This document shows, in pieces, positions 62,724 through 64,000 of a stretch of DNA of 64,000 bases (positions within the stretch are counted from its first letter, which is position 1; every line of letters starts with the position of its first letter). The DNA lies in the NCBI GenBank assembly GCA_977017575.1, contig CDRNVI010000040.1, positions 620,001 through 684,000 on the forward strand, read 5' to 3'. The stretch comes from Paramoeba atlantica (lineage: Eukaryota > Protista > Discosea). Below the pieces are notes generated by a model. It was not told the DNA's origin. It made no database searches and worked only from the letters and a program-made list of their open reading frames with translations. The translations under genes and the position numbers were made by a program.

Positions 62724-63370
62724 GCCGACTGAAATTTCTATATTTCAATTACGAATCATAATGTACCCCCCCTGTTTATAATACAATACACATGTAGGCT
62801 TGACCCCCTCTCTATAGGGTCTTTTTTTGTAGTAACTGAGGCTAACTTTTTTTGTAACTGAGGCTCCTCCATTATCACCTTCCCTTATACTGTAGGTTCA
62901 CTTGGAAAAAGGCGAGGCTATTATACCGTATTACACTAAGAAAATAAAATTTGCAAGACTATAATTTTAATGAATGGTTTATGGGTTTTCATGTACATTC
63001 ATTTTTTTTGCATTGTGTATAGGACGAAAACGTCTCGATTCAATTTTCACAGATTTTTATAGATTCATTTCCAATTTTTTTTACCCTATTTATGATGTCT
63101 ACAATATGTTACATACTTATGTTACATATTTATCTATGTCTACAATAATATGTTATATTATTGTGCCTATAGCTGCCTATAGCTTATTGTGCCGGGGGGG
63201 GGGGGGGGGGTCACAATAACCCGGAAAGCGGCTGATCCCGGAATATTACATTTCTTTTTTTTTTCATTTTCGAAAATTTCTTTTTCGTAGAGAATTAAAT
63301 GTACTCTACTGGTTGCTCTCATCACCCTTTCTGATATCGGTACCTCTTCATCCTTGCATTTTCATCAAAC

Positions 63371-64000
63371 ATGTTTCAACCGAATTTATCCCACCTTAAG
63401 CCACATATATTTCGAGATGTTTACGAACCTGATAGCGATTCATTCTGTTTGATGGATGCGTTGGAGTCAGACGTTTTTTTTCTTGAAAATCTTTGTCCTC
63501 GTATGGTGCTTGATGTCGGTTCAGGATCCGGCATTCTGTCTGCCCATCTTTTGCAAATACTTAATCATCAAAGTAAGAAAAATACAATAAGAACGCCTAA
63601 TGTGTTTCATGTTCTTTGTGCCGATATCAATATGGATGCCGCACGAGCCACGCAACAAACGCTTTCTCACGTCATAACGCAGATCTCTTCTGAACTCCGT
63701 ACGACAGCATCGTTAGATAACACACCTGTCAAAAATCTTTCTTGTACGAGCAATTCAGTACTTGGAACAAATCCTCTTACACTGTCAAAGGACGGTTTCA
63801 ATTCAACGCGAGGTCCTAAAGATTTCTCGTGTTCTATTGTCCGATCTGATTTGACCACATCGGCGTTACAACGGTGGGCATCGCTGTTTCATGTGATCCT
63901 ATGGAATCCTCCGTACGTTCCCACTACGCTTGACGAGGTCGCAGGGTACGGAATCGATCGCGCCTGTGCGGGGGGTCCTGGAGGTGTGCATCAACTTTTT
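63371..64000 (+). CDS. HemK2/N6AMT1/Mtq2 eRF1 glutamine methyltransferase (3'-partial)
   Basis: Not in the ORF track (runs off the window). MFQPNLSHL..DVYEPDSDSFCLMDALE, VLDVGSGSGILS, ADIN..A, VILWNPPYVPT, all in frame from ATG 63371. Confidence 0.9.
   Translation, partial: MFQPNLSHLKPHIFRDVYEPDSDSFCLMDALESDVFFLENLCPRMVLDVGSGSGILSAHLLQILNHQSKKNTIRTPNVFHVLCADINMDAARATQQTLSHVITQISSELRTTASLDNTPVKNLSCTSNSVLGTNPLTLSKDGFNSTRGPKDFSCSIVRSDLTTSALQRWASLFHVILWNPPYVPTTLDEVAGYGIDRACAGGPGGVHQLF

Larger units (their letters stand above)
615..64000 (+). other. Unidirectional, intron-free gene cluster (polycistronic transcription unit-like)
   Basis: All recognisable conserved genes are uninterrupted ORFs on +; no convincing minus-strand gene in 64 kb. 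Confidence 0.8.

Noticed and set aside
63194-63210. Poly-G run as a functional element
   Set aside because: Isolated homopolymer, length unreliable, no supporting context.
1-64000. Prokaryotic operon, tRNA/rRNA genes, telomeric or minicircle motifs
   Set aside because: Genes are eukaryote-specific; no tRNA cloverleaf, rRNA, TTAGGG array or GGGGTTGGTGTA was seen.

Overview
Eukaryotic, apparently intron-free chromosomal segment. All ~23 supportable protein genes lie head-to-tail on the + strand, like a kinetoplastid polycistronic unit. A kinetoplastid-type Erv1 with a C-terminal CxxxC, an extended mitoribosomal bL36m and an expanded short-LRR family point to a kinetoplastid, plausibly Perkinsela/prokinetoplastid-like (inference, not database-confirmed). 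Housekeeping genes: HELLS/Lsh-like SNF2, PWP2, AMPK-alpha, peptide deformylase, bL36m, RPB6, ERGIC/Erv46, PLRG1, Erv1, CRN/Clf1, Sec24, a DSP phosphatase, an ABCB half-transporter and HemK2. Intergenic DNA is rich in class II element relics: several TA-flanked Tc1/mariner MITE families, a Tc1 transposase C-terminus, and five copies or fragments of a non-coding Helitron2/Helentron-like element, one joined head-to-tail. Most interesting: (1) recurrent ~0.6-1.3 kb islands inside genes where the + strand flips from C/A-rich to G/T-rich and reshapes the protein, a candidate replication-origin or bidirectional-promoter signature; (2) a 13-copy array of a 170-nt unit built almost entirely of consecutive hairpins, whose variants are mostly structure-neutral; (3) a decayed CRE/SLACS-like retroelement with three 2A-like (IExNPGP) motifs and AT-hooks, enclosed by perfect DNA-transposon TIRs; (4) a HARE-HTH + SET fusion protein. 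All family assignments come from motif recognition by eye.
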